From Xylographa opegraphella (Eukaryota): a stretch of 64,000 nt of DNA. Below the pieces are notes generated by a model. That model had not been told where the DNA came from, did not search any database, and saw only the letters and a list, made by a program, of their open reading frames with translations. Every line of letters begins with the position of its first letter. Positions within the stretch are counted from its first letter, which is position 1. The stretch is taken from contig JALDZX010000009.1 in the NCBI GenBank assembly GCA_022813865.1, positions 248,001 to 312,000 of the forward strand. Reading direction: 5' to 3'. Of this stretch, positions 1 to 13,899 are shown piece after piece. Both the position numbers and the translations under genes were made by a program.

Positions 1-1044
1 TTTAATGATATTCTGGCCAAGATTTGATTTTCTGGTTATGTAAGGGCCAGCAATGCTTTGGGGGGAAAAAAGTCCGTGGAAGTCGGCAGCGAGGCGGCGA
101 TTGCTTTATGAGGGAATCTAATGCATTGATCAACGAGTCGTGGTTTTGCATGAGTGGCAGGAGAAATTTGAAATCATAATTGCAGTATTGTGCTTGAACA
201 GAGACTCCAATTTAAATAGAATGGTAGTAAATTTACTTTTCAACAATGTGCGGCTCTGATGATCCATGATGACGTTGTGATCACGGCTCCTCGTACTATC
301 AGGAGATTTGAACAGATGGAGCAGCATTTGATGCAGTGCAATTGTGCACGGAGATTGCACGTGTGAGTCATGCAGATGAGCTCAAGGTGGGTAAAGTGCC
401 TGGATAAAGGTGCCAGAATGGTATGACTGTCTCGTGGCCCAAGTCGCAACTTCCTGCCGCTGCACTCCGACGTGTCCGAGCGAGGATGGCTCGACGTAGC
501 ACAAGTTGACATCGTACAAGTCCACCATCTGAAGCCCCTTGGCCCATAAATAGAGAGATCTTGGCACTGTGGTCCCGGCAGCCAATCAGGGCGGAGGAAA
601 GTTACGCCAGTACGCGCCGGTCCAGGGTCTTGCTTTGCTTTAATGCATCTCTCCCGCAATGCTCCAACTCTCGGTGCAAAGACGCTCGGCCGCTGATTGG
701 TGTTCCTGACCACCACGCTCCTCATCTGCTGCCACGCCAGCATCGACGTCAAAGTATGTGGGCGCTTCGAACTCCGCTCGTCGACCTGACCGACGGCTCC
801 GTCGATCTAAGCGCTCTGGATGATGGAGACGATCTCCCATGGGCTCGAAGAAATCTCCCGCATGCCCTCCTCTTCTTCCCCTCGTTGCTTCAGCATCGCA
901 CAGAAGTTACTGCGCGGGTTTCTTCTGTCGCTGTGCTTGTGGAATTCGTCGTGTGTATCTGTTGTCTAGGGATGTGTTCGCGATAGTATTTCGGATCTCA
1001 ACTAAATCCAGGTCTTGACCAACGGCATCTACCAGACTCCCCCG

Positions 1045-3007
1045 ATGGCTGCCGTTTACCAGTCGTCTGCTCCGATGGCATCAGACGAAGATGGCGCAAC
1101 CTATAAACCTCTGGCGGTGGTCGAAGCCAACAAGGCGATAGGCGCGACATTCGAGATGATGAATCTGAAGGGGAATGATGTACGAGGAGTTGTCATTACA
1201 GTCGAGGAAGCAGCCCCTGCAACAGCCTTCATCACACCATCGGTCACCATCCAACCACCGTCCCCAGCTGGGACAACAACTCTTCAGGCGGACATCACAG
1301 ATACTGCACATACAAAAGTGGAACACTTCCCTCCACCACCGCCATTGAAAAACCCGCCGACGACCGCACAAAAGATCACGTCTCCCAAAAGGGCTCTCGT
1401 GGTAAACACAGGGCGACCTTCATCTCCTCTACGGATGTCCACATACCCAGAGCCACCCACAACTCGACCTAGCTCACCGGTACAGGGTTCAATTGGCCCA
1501 CAATCACACAGAAGCTCTCCAACCTTGGTCAGGAATGGTAGCATCGGCTCCACGGGCACACATTCCCCAATCATGAGGTCCATGTTCCCACGGTTCAATC
1601 CGGCTGTTCCACTAGCCAGGCAAGACTACATGCCTACAATAGAACGTGGGCAAGAGTCGACGCGGTGGCAAGTCGGAGGCTCTGCTCCCCAGGCTTACTC
1701 GCCCAGCTTGTACTCCCCACCGTCAAGTCCGCCAACCGCATCACAAAGCAACTGGAGGAACACAAGCTCTTGCTACAATGGTATCAATCAATCTCCACTG
1801 CGCGTTTCTGATGCACTCCCTTCCAATCTCTCGACTCCCGAAGAACTTCTCGACATGTGGAGCATTGCAAACGGCCAAGGGAGCATCGAAGCCGCCGCAA
1901 CTTACAAACTCGGACTTCAATGGTACACTCTCCTTCCTCACTCCAGCAGCCAAGTACTGACCCGTCTCCAGCGCTGATCTGACCCCTTCTTTCGAAACCA
2001 TCTCCTTCACCTCCTCTCTCTCTCCCGTCTACAGCCTCTGCGCCGCCTCCTCCGCCCTCACCATCACGCGCACCCACCCCCTTAACCCAACACCCACCAT
2101 CCCCATCACGAGCACCACCCTCACCACCCCATCGACCAGCTCCCCTCTCCTCGCCAGCATTTTCCCAGCCCTCGCCGAACTCTTGGCCCTGGACCAAGCC
2201 TCATCGATCGCCATCGCGCACAACCTCAACCGACACGACAGCGACGACCTGCAAGCCGAAGCGCTCCGCCGCACCCGCGAGACCGAGGCCGCGAACCTCC
2301 TCTGGGACAGCGACTCCTCGCGCTACTACCTCATCCATCCGACGCTCGCCGACGGCGAGCCTGCCACGTTCCCCTTCGCCATCGACACCGCAACACACAC
2401 CATCAGCCTCCTCTCCGCCACCACCCCCGGCGCCCCACCGCTGCTCACGCTGTCGCTCGCCACCGACACGCTGAGCATCCACACCCACGCCCTCACGGCC
2501 CCGGACGCGCTCTACGTGCTCGACACCCTCCTCGCCGCCCTCCTCACCATCCTCCTCCACCTCCACCGCACCGCCACCCCCTCCCACTCACACCTACACA
2601 ACCACCCCGCCATTCCCTCCCCTGCACTCACCCTCTCCTTCGCCCCGCCCCCAACATCCCCCCTGCCCGCGGCGCGCAAATCATGCCGCGCCTCCAAAGC
2701 CGGCAAGATCCTCACCACGCCCCGCTCGCTGCCGGGGCCCTTCGACTCCACCATCCTCTCGCCCAGCCAGACGCTCGATCTCGAAAAGGGCATTACCGTC
2801 GCGCCCGAGCTGCATCGCTCCACCGGTGTCGATCTCAGTCGTTTCCAGAGCTATGATCTTGAGGATCCGAAGCTGAATGCGGGCACGAGGGCTGTGCTGC
2901 GCGTGCTGTATTGGGCGTTTGGCGTCCTGGTGTGGTTGCTTGGTGTCGGGTTGGGGATTCTGGCCGCTGCCGTGGTGGCTGTGGGGAAGGGGGTGGGGAG
3001 GTTGTGA
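1045..3007 (+). CDS. Fungal hypothetical protein, Pro/Ser-rich N-half, C-terminal transmembrane helix (2 exons)
   Basis: ORFs 1015-1977 and 2183-3007 join in frame through a GT-AG intron at 1923-1971 (branch CTGAC). Hydrophobic C-terminus VLYWAFGVLVWLLGVGLGILAAAVVAVG. Start at ATG 1045 is assumed. Confidence 0.75.
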
Positions 3008-3554
3008 GGTCTTGGGGTATGGGGGATGTTAGGAAGAGGTTTGCGGTTAGGGGGTTCTTGGTACAGGGATAGGGGGATCCCGCTCCGTACTGGCCGCTGG
3101 TGGTTTGGAGACCGCTTGGTGGGCTGCGAGGAGATGGCTCGTGAAGGGGGTAAAGTCTTGGGCGTTGGCGGGGAGTTGTATATAGGTTTTTTGTAGTGCG
3201 AGCTTCTTGTCTGTTGCTTTGGTGGGATTAATTGTCGTTTGGGACGGGGGTTGAGGTATTTCCTTGGGGTGGTAGATTACCACTAGATTTTATTATTAGG
3301 GATATACTACGGTTACCTACTCCCCTTGCTCTTTCATCTGTTTATCCTCTTGGCTTCTGATTTTTCGTCCCAGAATGTAGTAGTCATTATGACTGTGAAT
3401 GAAGGATGTCAATCTATTCTAGTCTTTCTCTGTAATATCCCCACATATCTCCCACACCGCCACTCGTCACTCCCTACAACCTCTGTGCCAAGCAAAGCGC
3501 AATTTACACGTCATATAACCTCCTCATCACAAACACCGTACGAACCACCATATC

Positions 3555-6014
3555 CTACGTAGTCTGATGCCTCGGCAGCCTATTCTCGCCCTCCGCGTAC
3601 GGCTCCTCCGCATGCTCCCTCGCCATATCGTTGATCCAGCGCCCGTGCGGATCGACCTTCTCCCCTTTACTCAGCTTGGTAGCCAGGTAGAGCCAGGAAA
3701 GGGCGTTGCCGACGGTGCTGACTTCGTCGCTGACGGACCGGGCCGCGTACTCGCTCATACGCCTGTAGAGCTCGGCGTCGGTGAAGAGCGCGTACAGGTG
3801 CTTGGCCACGGCGTCGCTGTCGCCCGGCTCGACCACGAAGCCGTTCCTGCCGTGCTGGACCTGGAGTGGGATGCCGCCGGCGCTGCTGGCGATGATGGGG
3901 ATGCCTTTGTGGAGACTGGGGTGGCGGGGTTAGTCTTTTTTGAGAGGGAGGGGGGGTCGGGGGGGGGTTCCGGCAGGGGTTTGGGTTCTGGGGGAGACTT
4001 ACGCTTCGCTGACTTTGACTTCGAAGCCTTCCCGCGTCGATAGCTGACATGCGACTTTGGCTTCGGACATGAGGGCGTTGAGTTCCTGGTCGATGGGGCC
4101 TAGTCGCATGACCGAGACGTCGCCTTTGAGGTCGGGGTAATGCTTTTCGAGCTGCTTCATGATTTGATCGTATATCCTCGATGCATCCGGGTCGTCAATT
4201 GCACCGTGGCCGCATCTGCGTTGCGTTAGAACGAGTGAATATCGAAAAGGGGGGGTCGCCGTATGCTAGGGATTCCCTACATGACCAGCTGAGGCGTCTT
4301 CGCGACCGGTGTCTCTTTCATGTAATGTTGGCGCAGTCTCCCGTAGGATTTTACCAGATCCGGAATGCCCTTGGCAGGGTCGAACCTTGCTACTTGGATG
4401 ATGTACTCCCGAGCTGGATAAGCAAGCTTGGTCATCTCCCGGCTCTGGCATTCCACGTTGTAGTTGTGGATCTGAAATCCCCATGCCCACGCGTTGAGGT
4501 CTTTGTTCAGACCATCGAGCCTGGCAAAAGGTTAGCAACGTTGGACTGAATCTCATTCCTGTTCATGTACTACCAGTCCGTTGTCGCGGGCATATAGCCT
4601 AGAATCTCTTTTGGGACATCATCAGGGACGAAATTGCTGACAGGATGACTAATAAAGAGGTCTGCGTGCTTGATGTCATTCCACAGGTATTGCCATACAC
4701 CTTGGGCAGCGCTGCCTTGTTCCTTGACTAAGTCGGAACGAATCTGAATATGACTCCTATACAATACTTGCCTATCCGGGTCTGCTTTCTTGCAAAGTGG
4801 TATGAGGCCAGGCATCTGGGGGTCATCAATGTAGATTACATCGGCTCCCCCTTTGGAACGAGCTGACATTGGGCCTCCATCTTGTAGCCAGTAGCGTTGC
4901 GCATTGTGCTGAATCCAAGCTGTAATAGTGTTGGCCTGCTCATTAGATAGCTTCTCCCCAGGGTCATTCACACCTTGAAGTATGTTGTGGTTGGTCTTGG
5001 TGATCCGAAAGACCTCCGGCCTGGGGCGCGGAACATACCATTTGATATCAATTTTGAGTAATTTCAGAAATCGCACAAGAGCATGTCTCATCAATGCAAC
5101 TCCTCCGCCTTGAGGAGTACTATTGAAGAACGCTATCTTTATTTTTCTGCCCTTGAGCTCTTTCGCATACTTCATGACCGCAGCCCAACTCCGTGTTCCC
5201 ACGGTTGCCTCGTAGTCTTTCAGAGAAGCCAAAATTGCATGTCCACCAGCATCGACTTCGACCTGATTCATAAAGCCGACATTCACCCGGGGCTGCTGAC
5301 TTGGTCCAAAGTACCTATTCCCATCAATGGGCTTGGCAACACGGAACTAACAGAGAAAGACTCACATTACACACTTACGAGCCATCGAGTCTGCCTGCTC
5401 ATCGACTCTTTGGTTCTCTTCCATGTCGACGGGATAGTTCATCCCCACTCTGAAAATAAGGGGTACAACATCGAGCTCCTTCCAAAGTCTGGGAGGCAAC
5501 TCAGGGCTGATGTCATTGAATAGAGTATCTGTAATGCCTGCACCTAGGAATTTGCTGTTGCACATAAGTCAAGTATACCGTAGCATGCTTTTGAGACACC
5601 AGGGTGCGCGCCTACCACAAATGTTCATGTTGATACTTCTGCATTGTCTCAATAACGAAATCAGCAACCAGCTTCGATCGACCCTCTTCACTTTCCGATA
5701 ACTCCTTGAGGTGCCGGACAGTGAAATCTAAACTGTAGGTTGCATCGTTTGCGGATAAGCCGACCTCAATTCTGTCGCTACATACTATGGCGGATATACC
5801 GGCAAACATAGGCTGGAGACAATCAGCAATACTTTGAAGAGGAAGGCGGTTCCATCAGTTTTAGCAACGGTTGTACCTCCAGGTGCTTTCCGACGCTTGA
5901 TGCTTGGTCCTCGACCTTGTTCATCCGTTCCCTTTGGTGATTCGACAGCTGTCCCAAGAAATCATGCTGTCCTACAGTGCTTTCCTCTTTTTGATGCTTA
6001 TTGGTCTGCTCCAT
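3555..6014 (-). CDS. Trehalose phosphorylase / trehalose synthase (GT4 family, Neurospora ccg-9-like), multi-exon
   Basis: Motifs FFNSTPQGGGVALMRHAL, VFRITKTNHNILQG, IDDPQMPGLIP, YRSHIQIRSDL, SRFDPAKGIPD, QLSTREGFEVKVSE, SDEVSTVGNALSWLYLA across ORFs 5612-5809, 5362-5565, 4570-5286 and 3555-3836. Confidence 0.92.
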
Positions 6015-7092
6015 CCTGACTCTGGAGGTACGAGAAATCTGATGTTCACTCGTTTGTTGGATGGATATCTGAAGTATTTTACTTTGATCGGGAACATGTA
6101 CCTGACGTCGGTACGAATACTCTCGGTTCACGGACTGAAGCTCTCAATGACGATCTCCACAGCTCCACCGAAGCTAGCGCCATCCATCTCTGGACTGGCA
6201 CCTGAGACTGTTATTTATAGTGAATGAACAAGAGCACTATCGTGCCGAGTTACGAACACGCCCCTTCGAGACGCATGAACATGTCGCACAGACAATCCAT
6301 AGAGCGCCCTCCAGTCACTCGGTGTTTTTCTATTCTGTCTCTCCGAGAGGGGTTATTTCCCACTCGCGGATAATCGTATCACCGAGAGAAATGCTTGTCT
6401 GATCGCAGTTTGTCCCTTTTCCCTTGGTCGATCATTTGACTACCTATCTGGTCATCGATACACTTTGTAATACCAAAACGGCAGATTCTCTGTAGTCCGG
6501 GCGAGGTGCTCGGAGGTCTGCCGGAGTTGGTTATACTTGGTGCCGTGTGGCTGTATTGTTTGTACGATGACGCCAATGGAATGCTATGTCAGGCAGTCGC
6601 TCACGACCTTCAGAGAGTGTCCAACGGACAAAGGATGCCAAGGTCAACCATCCGGTGTTTTTTCCCGACTCGTATGTACGACTTTCCCCCAAACTTTCCA
6701 CTTTGCAAAACATATAGCACTGAGTACCGGAGCCTCCGAACTATGAACCTCAGGGTAGATGCTGTTTCCCCCCTTGCTTGATATGGAAGTCATGACTTAA
6801 ATACCACGAACAGTCCTTGAAGTGTCTTCACCGGGAGAGGGAGGCGATCCGCGTTTGTCATGCTCTTCGCTTCAGCATGCTTTTGAGTGTTTGAAATGGT
6901 CCCGAAGCATCAGTACCCTTTGTTATCAAGGAATTAGCACGACTCCTCGGACATCGGTCGATTATACAATTCACCTTCCATTTGTCTTGCTTATTACTTT
7001 GTATGACAAGGCTGCGAGCAGTCTGGGGGACCTGCAAGTTGTCTCTCGATTATACAGCAAACACACTCGGCTAAAGAACAACCCTTTCAATC

Positions 7093-7951
7093 ATGGACGA
7101 ACCAGACGTTTGAGTCAATTGAAGGATCGTTCGAAGACGAAGATATATATGGATTGATGAGCAATCTAGCCGATGGTATCGCCGCCGGTGAAGATGTCAA
7201 TGAGCTCTTGGGAGAATTTCTCAACATAGCTACGGACATGTGGGCACTATACAGTGCAGATGAAATAGACTACGAGGAACTGAAACGTGACATCGAAGAT
7301 TTAATTGGAAGCTGCGACAATTCGATACCCAAAATCGTGGCCACAACTAACATGAACAAATATATGGATTGGTTATGGCACCCTTCTAACCAGATTCCAG
7401 GCAATGAAAACGCGCTGAGGGTTTACGAATCACATCTCGCCACGGTTTACCAATTAGGGTACCTCCACGAGGAGGCATACGCCCACATAGCCAATGTCAA
7501 CGACGTACCCTTGACCCGGAGCAGGAGTCATACCGAGATTACTTCGTGTGGTGGATGGAGAAGTGAATGAGGGTTACACGGTATCCAGCCAGTCCTCCGC
7601 AATCCTATATGGCGAGGCTCTTGACAATGCTGGTTATGGGTAACAACTGGCACCCCTTTGCATGGGGATTAAGCGATGAAACCACGTTCAGGACTCATGA
7701 ATCGACCTAATCGATCGAAACCAATCACGTTCTATAATTATAATCGTGATTGGTGCGTACTTCAAGGCGCGGTATGTCTTGACCAGAATCTCAAAATGGT
7801 AGTTACATTTTGGCTCCCCTATGTTCCGAAGCTGCAGTCAGGATTTGATGAGCCGCCAGTACTTAATCATTTGCAGTATATTCCAGCTGCAGAGGCTTTG
7901 ACTGGAGCGTTCTCGCGAACGCCAGACGACAGTCTCTTGACCGCAACTTGA
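7093..7951 (+). pseudogene. Probable decayed gene for an acidic helical hypothetical protein
   Basis: ATG 7093 (MDEPDV) is one base out of frame with the acidic stretch ESIEGSFEDEDIYGLMSNL that runs into ORF 7154-7570; a second fragment lies at 7676-7951. Confidence 0.35.
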
Positions 7952-9910
7952 GGGGGGACAGCCTGTGGTTAATGGAATTTTCCGCTAATCCTTGCTAAGC
8001 CTGCCGTCATTACATAGGTACTTCCCAAAACTACCTATATAGACATGATGACCGCATATCATACGGTGTCACACCCGCTTCTCGAATTGATGACTGTCTT
8101 GCAAGCCTCTGACCGTAGAACAAGTGTACTACTACCAGTGCTAGACAGCTGACTAGTGAAGTGACGCCTGCTCTGGACCCTCCGCCAACCTTTTATCCGA
8201 GAATGCCCTTGTGTAGTCCCAGACTACTTGCCTATTTAGACGTCTCTCCTCCACCATGGGTAGTGAAACGACCAGATTCTCCCTATTCAGCTCTTCAAGA
8301 TTCTATTTGCGAGACAGTCTTGCGCAAGAGGGGTTCGGTGACCAGAGGCTGCAAGAAAAATAATGATTAAAGAATACATTATACCCTTCGTTATCAGCTT
8401 GTTCTGTGATCTAGCCATCTTGTTATTACTATGCCGATACCTTGCCTGAGCACAGCTGATCGAACACGCTGTTTTTGCCCCTTTCTATGTCCCGGCTTAT
8501 CGTCTCCCCATATGCTCCCCACGCAAGCGAAGCGTGTAGTTGGACTTTTCTCCTCGTCCAGCAATGATTAATCGCGTTGGTAAGAACGCCCCTTCATCGA
8601 CAGACTTCGATCACTCTCAGACCACGCAGAAACCAGAGTAACAGATCAAGTATGGTCATAACGCGGTGATTCATCGCCGCTACAGCATCTCTCTTAGTCG
8701 TCATGCCGGGGTTTGGTGCATCTACTTTGTCACCCTCAAATATACATCAAGGCTCGAACATCAATATCAAGAAATCTCTTTTTAGTCGTTTGATCAACTA
8801 TACGTTCTCAGAGACTCCCGTGTCTCAACCACAGCTCACCTCTCCGAATTTTCGCCCAATTTCTCTATATCGTCGCCGCCTTTTCATTATTGTTCGGTAA
8901 ACCGCGACACACATCTGAAGTTCCCTCACAAGAAGGCTCTACATACGCCAAGAGTAGTGCGCTCGACAGTCTGAATCGTGTTACTCGCATCGTCAGTCGC
9001 GCAGCATACGCACTATTTCCTCGAGGATCGGATCTCCTCGCAGCAACGCTAGTCGTGCCTGCACGCATACAATGTGGTCAGTGTCGGTTCCATCTCCATT
9101 CTATCCGGTGTCAAAGGAAACTACGATCTTCCAGCACTTGCCCCATTCGACTATTTCAAACCCAAAGGCCTCTCCCCTTGGACCACCTTGTTCAGGATCT
9201 CCATTTTTCTCCGGCCGTGCTCGAGTCGCCATTCCGCTATAGTATCCGATCTAACATTGCACTCGCTTAGGATAGCCCGACATGGCTTTGGCCATCAAAT
9301 CATCGCAACAGATAATCGGGAAATCGTCTTTTGTTCCCACTACCACACCCGAACAAATTTTTGTACATAACAGATTACCACCACTCAACTTGCAATTTCA
9401 TCAAGGCTCCGAGAGCGTATATATGTTACATAAGTCCTCGACTTAGGATCTGAGATTGCCATTTTTGACTGAGAAAGGGAGCAGAGCTGCTTTATAGGAA
9501 GCACCATGGAAGCGAAGGAGCGCATCAAGGGAGCAGCAATGGAACACAGTTGGTTAGTACAAGAGATCAGCTGATGCACAATTGAACTGGCGTCCTTAAA
9601 ATCCGCTAGGGCTGTCAGTTCTGCTTGGGCCACTGTACATTTCAGCTATATATAACCAGTAAATTACATCATTTACTAGCAGAGCAATTACATAGCCTGA
9701 AAGAAATAATAGGGAAGCTCGAATACTGTGCATGATAATGAATGAATCGTTTTCGTCAAATCTTCTCTTTCAAATTTACAAGATGCGTGGATTTGTGCTC
9801 AACTGCTCGCTTTCATACAATATGCAGGATCGCCTGATCAAACTCGATCTACCCTCGTTCCCATAGCGAGTATTCAGCGGGTGCTCGCGGTTCGTACTGG
9901 AATACCGGGA

Positions 9911-11007
9911 TCAACTTTGATACGGGCCTATTGAAGCCACAACAGTAAGCAAGACTGCCATATACGCAGCCGACAGCGCTACAAGCTCTTGACCCTTCGC
10001 GGTGGTGAAGATTCCCAGCAGCGCCGAGAACAACACGGCCATCGCTAGGACGAATCCCAAAGCCAACAGGCGATTCACATTCACCATAAACAGGAGCACG
10101 ATGTTAGGTATGATGAGTAATACGCTTCCAACAATGGCCATGAAGAACTTCGCCAGGCCCCGAATGATTGGTGAGGTCCTCGACGGAGTTCGTTCGGCGT
10201 TGAGGACGTTGAGCAGCTTCACTGGTCCCGTGAAGGTCTTAGCCCCCCTGCTTTCACTTTCCTTACGAGGACTTACATAATAATTGGTACCTTGTCGCCG
10301 TGGACATTGACCAGTACTGTCGATAATGTCGCATGGCGGAGACCACCAGCCTGGAAGAACGCAGCGCTTGGGTGATTGAGCGAATACGGTTCGCCTCAAC
10401 CTCCGTGCTGAGATCGACCCCAGCCATAGAGTCGACATGCAGCACATAATTCGGCTCCTGTAACTTCTTCGCGATCAGAGTCATGTCCTGGGCCATATCC
10501 AGCGGCGGCGGCTCTTTGAATCCCATGGTCCGATTCCACCGGTAGAGCGCGTCCTCTGTAGAGCTCCCGCATCAGCTGGATTCCAACCCAAATCGCGCGA
10601 CTCTTACGATATTCACGCAGCAGGGTGCGCAGCCAATCGAGCTCATCCGCACTGCTCGCACCCTGCGCATCGACGACTCGGCCTTCGAGCTCCACGAGCT
10701 GCTGCTGATAGCGGAATAGATCGAACAGCACCAGGCGTTCGAACGTTTTGAAGCTGTAGTTCTCCTCGCGCCACCGATCGTCCGCGAACTGGAACAGCTT
10801 GCGTGCTTTTTGCTCCTCCGCGAGTCGTTCGGGAATCCCGTTTGGTGCTGCGAGCACCGCCTCTGGCGCTAGCGCCCTCAGCAGTTGATCATGTATGGTG
10901 TAGAACACGGTGGGACTGCTTTGCCTCGGACGTCCCATTTCTTCTGCTTTTCGGGCGTCGGGTACTGCGTGCGAACGCGGCTCCATGTTGATGACCACTG
11001 GCGTCAT
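9911..11007 (-). CDS. Hypothetical membrane protein, DUF6594-like (three C-terminal TM helices), multi-exon
   Basis: N-part FERLVLFDLFRYQQQLVELE...LRTLLREY, then a GTAAG intron; C-part LAKFFMAIVGSVLLIIPNIVL...ELVALSAAYMAVLLTVV is typical of this fungal family. Confidence 0.65.
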
Positions 11008-11637
11008 GCCTCGAAATTATATCGATCGCTCCGTGAACGACAGATTGTCTGATACATCGACGATCCGCGAGACTTCCAGTAATACCACTTTGTAAGTCTT
11101 ATGGCGAGTGAGAGTCAGTCCAACTCGGGGCCTGAAGATGTTGCAGCCTCGCCACTATGCTTAGTGTCGATAGCACCAAGCCACACCGTTCTCTCCGCCA
11201 CAGACAACTCATGAAGAGTACATCCATTCATACTTTCGTGAAAACATTGGTACTGCAGCATAACAAACCAAGATGAAAGACAACTTTGAAGTTCTGACGA
11301 GGTCGTACAAGGTCAGCTGATAATCGCTCGTGCTATATGTGCATACCTTAAGGTACTGCCTCGTGTACCTTGCTTGATACAGGATGCATTATTGCTTGAA
11401 GCCTCGTGACAGCCGCATTAAGCTATGGGCCCGTGCATGCCAAGGCTGCGGTATCTGCCGCCTCGGCCCCTGCCAAGCCATCTCATTGGATCCCTGCTCC
11501 GTCATGATTCGTGTCACCAATGAAAAAAGGTGTCTCGATTCTCCCCTTCTCTCCTGAACGGCATTGTCTGAGAAACGCTCCCGCGAGCTGTCTCCAGCCT
11601 GGCCCCGCGTATCGATCATGCGTATATCTACTCCATA

Positions 11638-13188
11638 ATGTCTGCCACCATCAGTCTCCTGAGTAACGCCAAACGGGCCATCCAGCGCCCCTTCACCGAC
11701 CATGCACTTCAGAAGACCGCAATGCAAGATAGCAGCTGGGCAGATGTGAGGTCCCCATTACCCAGTCCTCATGTCCTGATCCTCTAACGTTTACTCGCTT
11801 CATTTTAGGGCCTCCGCGGCATCGCCTCCGTCTTCGTCGTCTCCTCTCACCTGGTCCTCTGCTTCGCCCGCCGCCTCGTGGTCCCATGCTGCAGCTCCGA
11901 CGAACGCACCGTCGCCCTCTTCCAACGGCCCATCCTCCGCCTCGTGGCCCAAGGTCAAGCATGGGTAGCCCTTTTCTTCATCCTCTCCGGCTTCGTCAAC
12001 GCCCTCAAGCCGCTCAAGCTCGCCCGCGCCGGCCAGATTGAAACAGCGCTCACCAACCTCTCCCTCAGCTCGTTCCGACGCACATTCCGGCTCATGCTAC
12101 CGGCCGCTACGGCCACCGTGCTGAGCTGGTTTGTGACCCAGCTAGGGGCCTACCAGATGGCCCGTCAGAGCAATGCGTACTGGCTCTACACGTACACACC
12201 GCTGCCGAGCAGCTCGTGGATCGCGGCGCTGGAAGATTTGGTGAACGGCCTGAGGGCGACGTGGACGATCGGCGTGATCAATACGTACGACCAGCCACAG
12301 TGGGCACTGATATACCTGCTGCAGGGGTCGATGATGGTGTTCTGCGCACTACTGATTGTGGTCAATCTGACACCTTTATATCGGACACTAATGCTGGGGA
12401 GCTTCGCGATGTGGTCCTTTGACTGGAGCTACAAGCATTTTGATCGTAAGTACAGATCCCCCGTCATCAACTACGTCCATCTCCCCACAGACGCATCCCC
12501 CTCGACCACAACAAGCCGTCCGCTAACTCCCCACCGCCTCACAGCCCTCGTCGGCTTCACCGTCTTCGCCGGCATCCTCCTCGCCGAGTTCTCCCTCACC
12601 ACCACGCCCACCCTCCTCGCTTACTACTCCCCCTTCCTCACGCCCCCACTCGCCACCCTCGCCCTAGTCCTTATGTCCTTCCCCTCGGACGCCCCCCTCT
12701 CCGCGCCATGGTCCACCACGCTCCTCACCATCGGCCAACGCCTCCTACCCCCCCAACTCGACTTCGGCCGCACGTACGGCTCCCTCGGCGCCCTGCTCCT
12801 CGTCCTTGCCATCATCATCTCCCCGCACGCCCGCGCCGCCCTCGCCTCCCCGCCCCTCGCCCTGCTCGGCCGCCTCTCCTTCCCCATCTACCTTTTGCAC
12901 GGCACCTTCCTGCGCAGCCTGTTCGCCTGGTGCATGTTCGCCGGCACGGGCCTCGCCGTCGTCGAGGAGCGCAACGCCGACGGCTCCGTCACTACCAGCC
13001 AGCGCCTGCCGCTGCCGGGAGCGTGGCGTACCGCGGGTAGTGTGCTGCTGAGCATGGCGGCCTGTGGACTCGCGAGCTATGCCTGGGCTGTGCGCGTCGA
13101 GCCGTGGTTCGGGAGGTTCACCCGCTGGGCGGAGGAGACGATGATGGGAAAGCGGGGCGGGGAGGCGTTGCCGGTGCGGAAGGAGTGA
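11638..13188 (+). CDS. Acyltransferase family 3 (OafA/Cas1-like membrane O-acyltransferase)
   Basis: Spliced WAD|GLRGIAS motif (intron 11746-11808), VALFFILSGFV, FRRTFRLMLP, LGRLSFPIYLLHG; second intron about 12446-12544. Confidence 0.88.
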
Positions 13189-13899
13189 GAGCGTAAAAGC
13201 GAGGGCGTGGGGTTGCAGGCGTTTCGGCAGGGTTTTTTGGAGGGCGGTGCGGCGTTGCATTTACATGGCGGCTGTTTTTTTCTGGGATTTGTGCGGCATG
13301 GCGGGGCGCTTGCTCCCATTGCGGGTTGCGGTAGAAGATGCATTTAGAGAAGTGTAGCGGAAGGGGGCAGGGCAGCTTTCTTGGTTAGACTTTTTGGGGC
13401 GCGGGACTGCATAGGTTCTGGTTGAGGATTTGGGAGCTTGCTATCTAGATTGGAGATTGGAGATTGAAAATCAAAGGCTGCTGCTGTATGGTATCGTGCT
13501 GTGATCTTTTGTGAGGCATGAGCGCTGTGCTTCGTGGTGCGGGTGAGCCGCGGGCGTGAATTGCTCGATGTTCATGGCTGCTCGATAGATCGGATGTCTG
13601 ATGTCTGGGCAGTCGTCACGATGAATACGGATGAATTGATATGAGCGTTGGAGACCTTGCTATACGGAAGCGTGCTTGAACCCAAGTGAGCGGTTGCGCT
13701 ATTGATTTGATTGCTAGCAAAGAAAAGAGAAAAAAAAAAGAAAAAAGAAAAAAGAAATTGGACAGTCGTGCGAAAGTTGTAGTATAGTATACCACGGCCA
13801 CTCCCGTTCGGGCAGAGCAAGATCCAGATAGCCTACCTAGGCACCCACCGGAACGGTACAATGCCTACCTACCAAGGCCACCAGGCTTCTCACCTCCTC

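Noticed and set aside
130..990. Short overlapping ORFs upstream of the first gene
   Set aside because: No recognisable motifs; probably promoter/5' UTR, though an extra upstream exon cannot be excluded.
8400..9650. Short ORFs of 65-126 aa
   Set aside because: No motifs, inconsistent frames.
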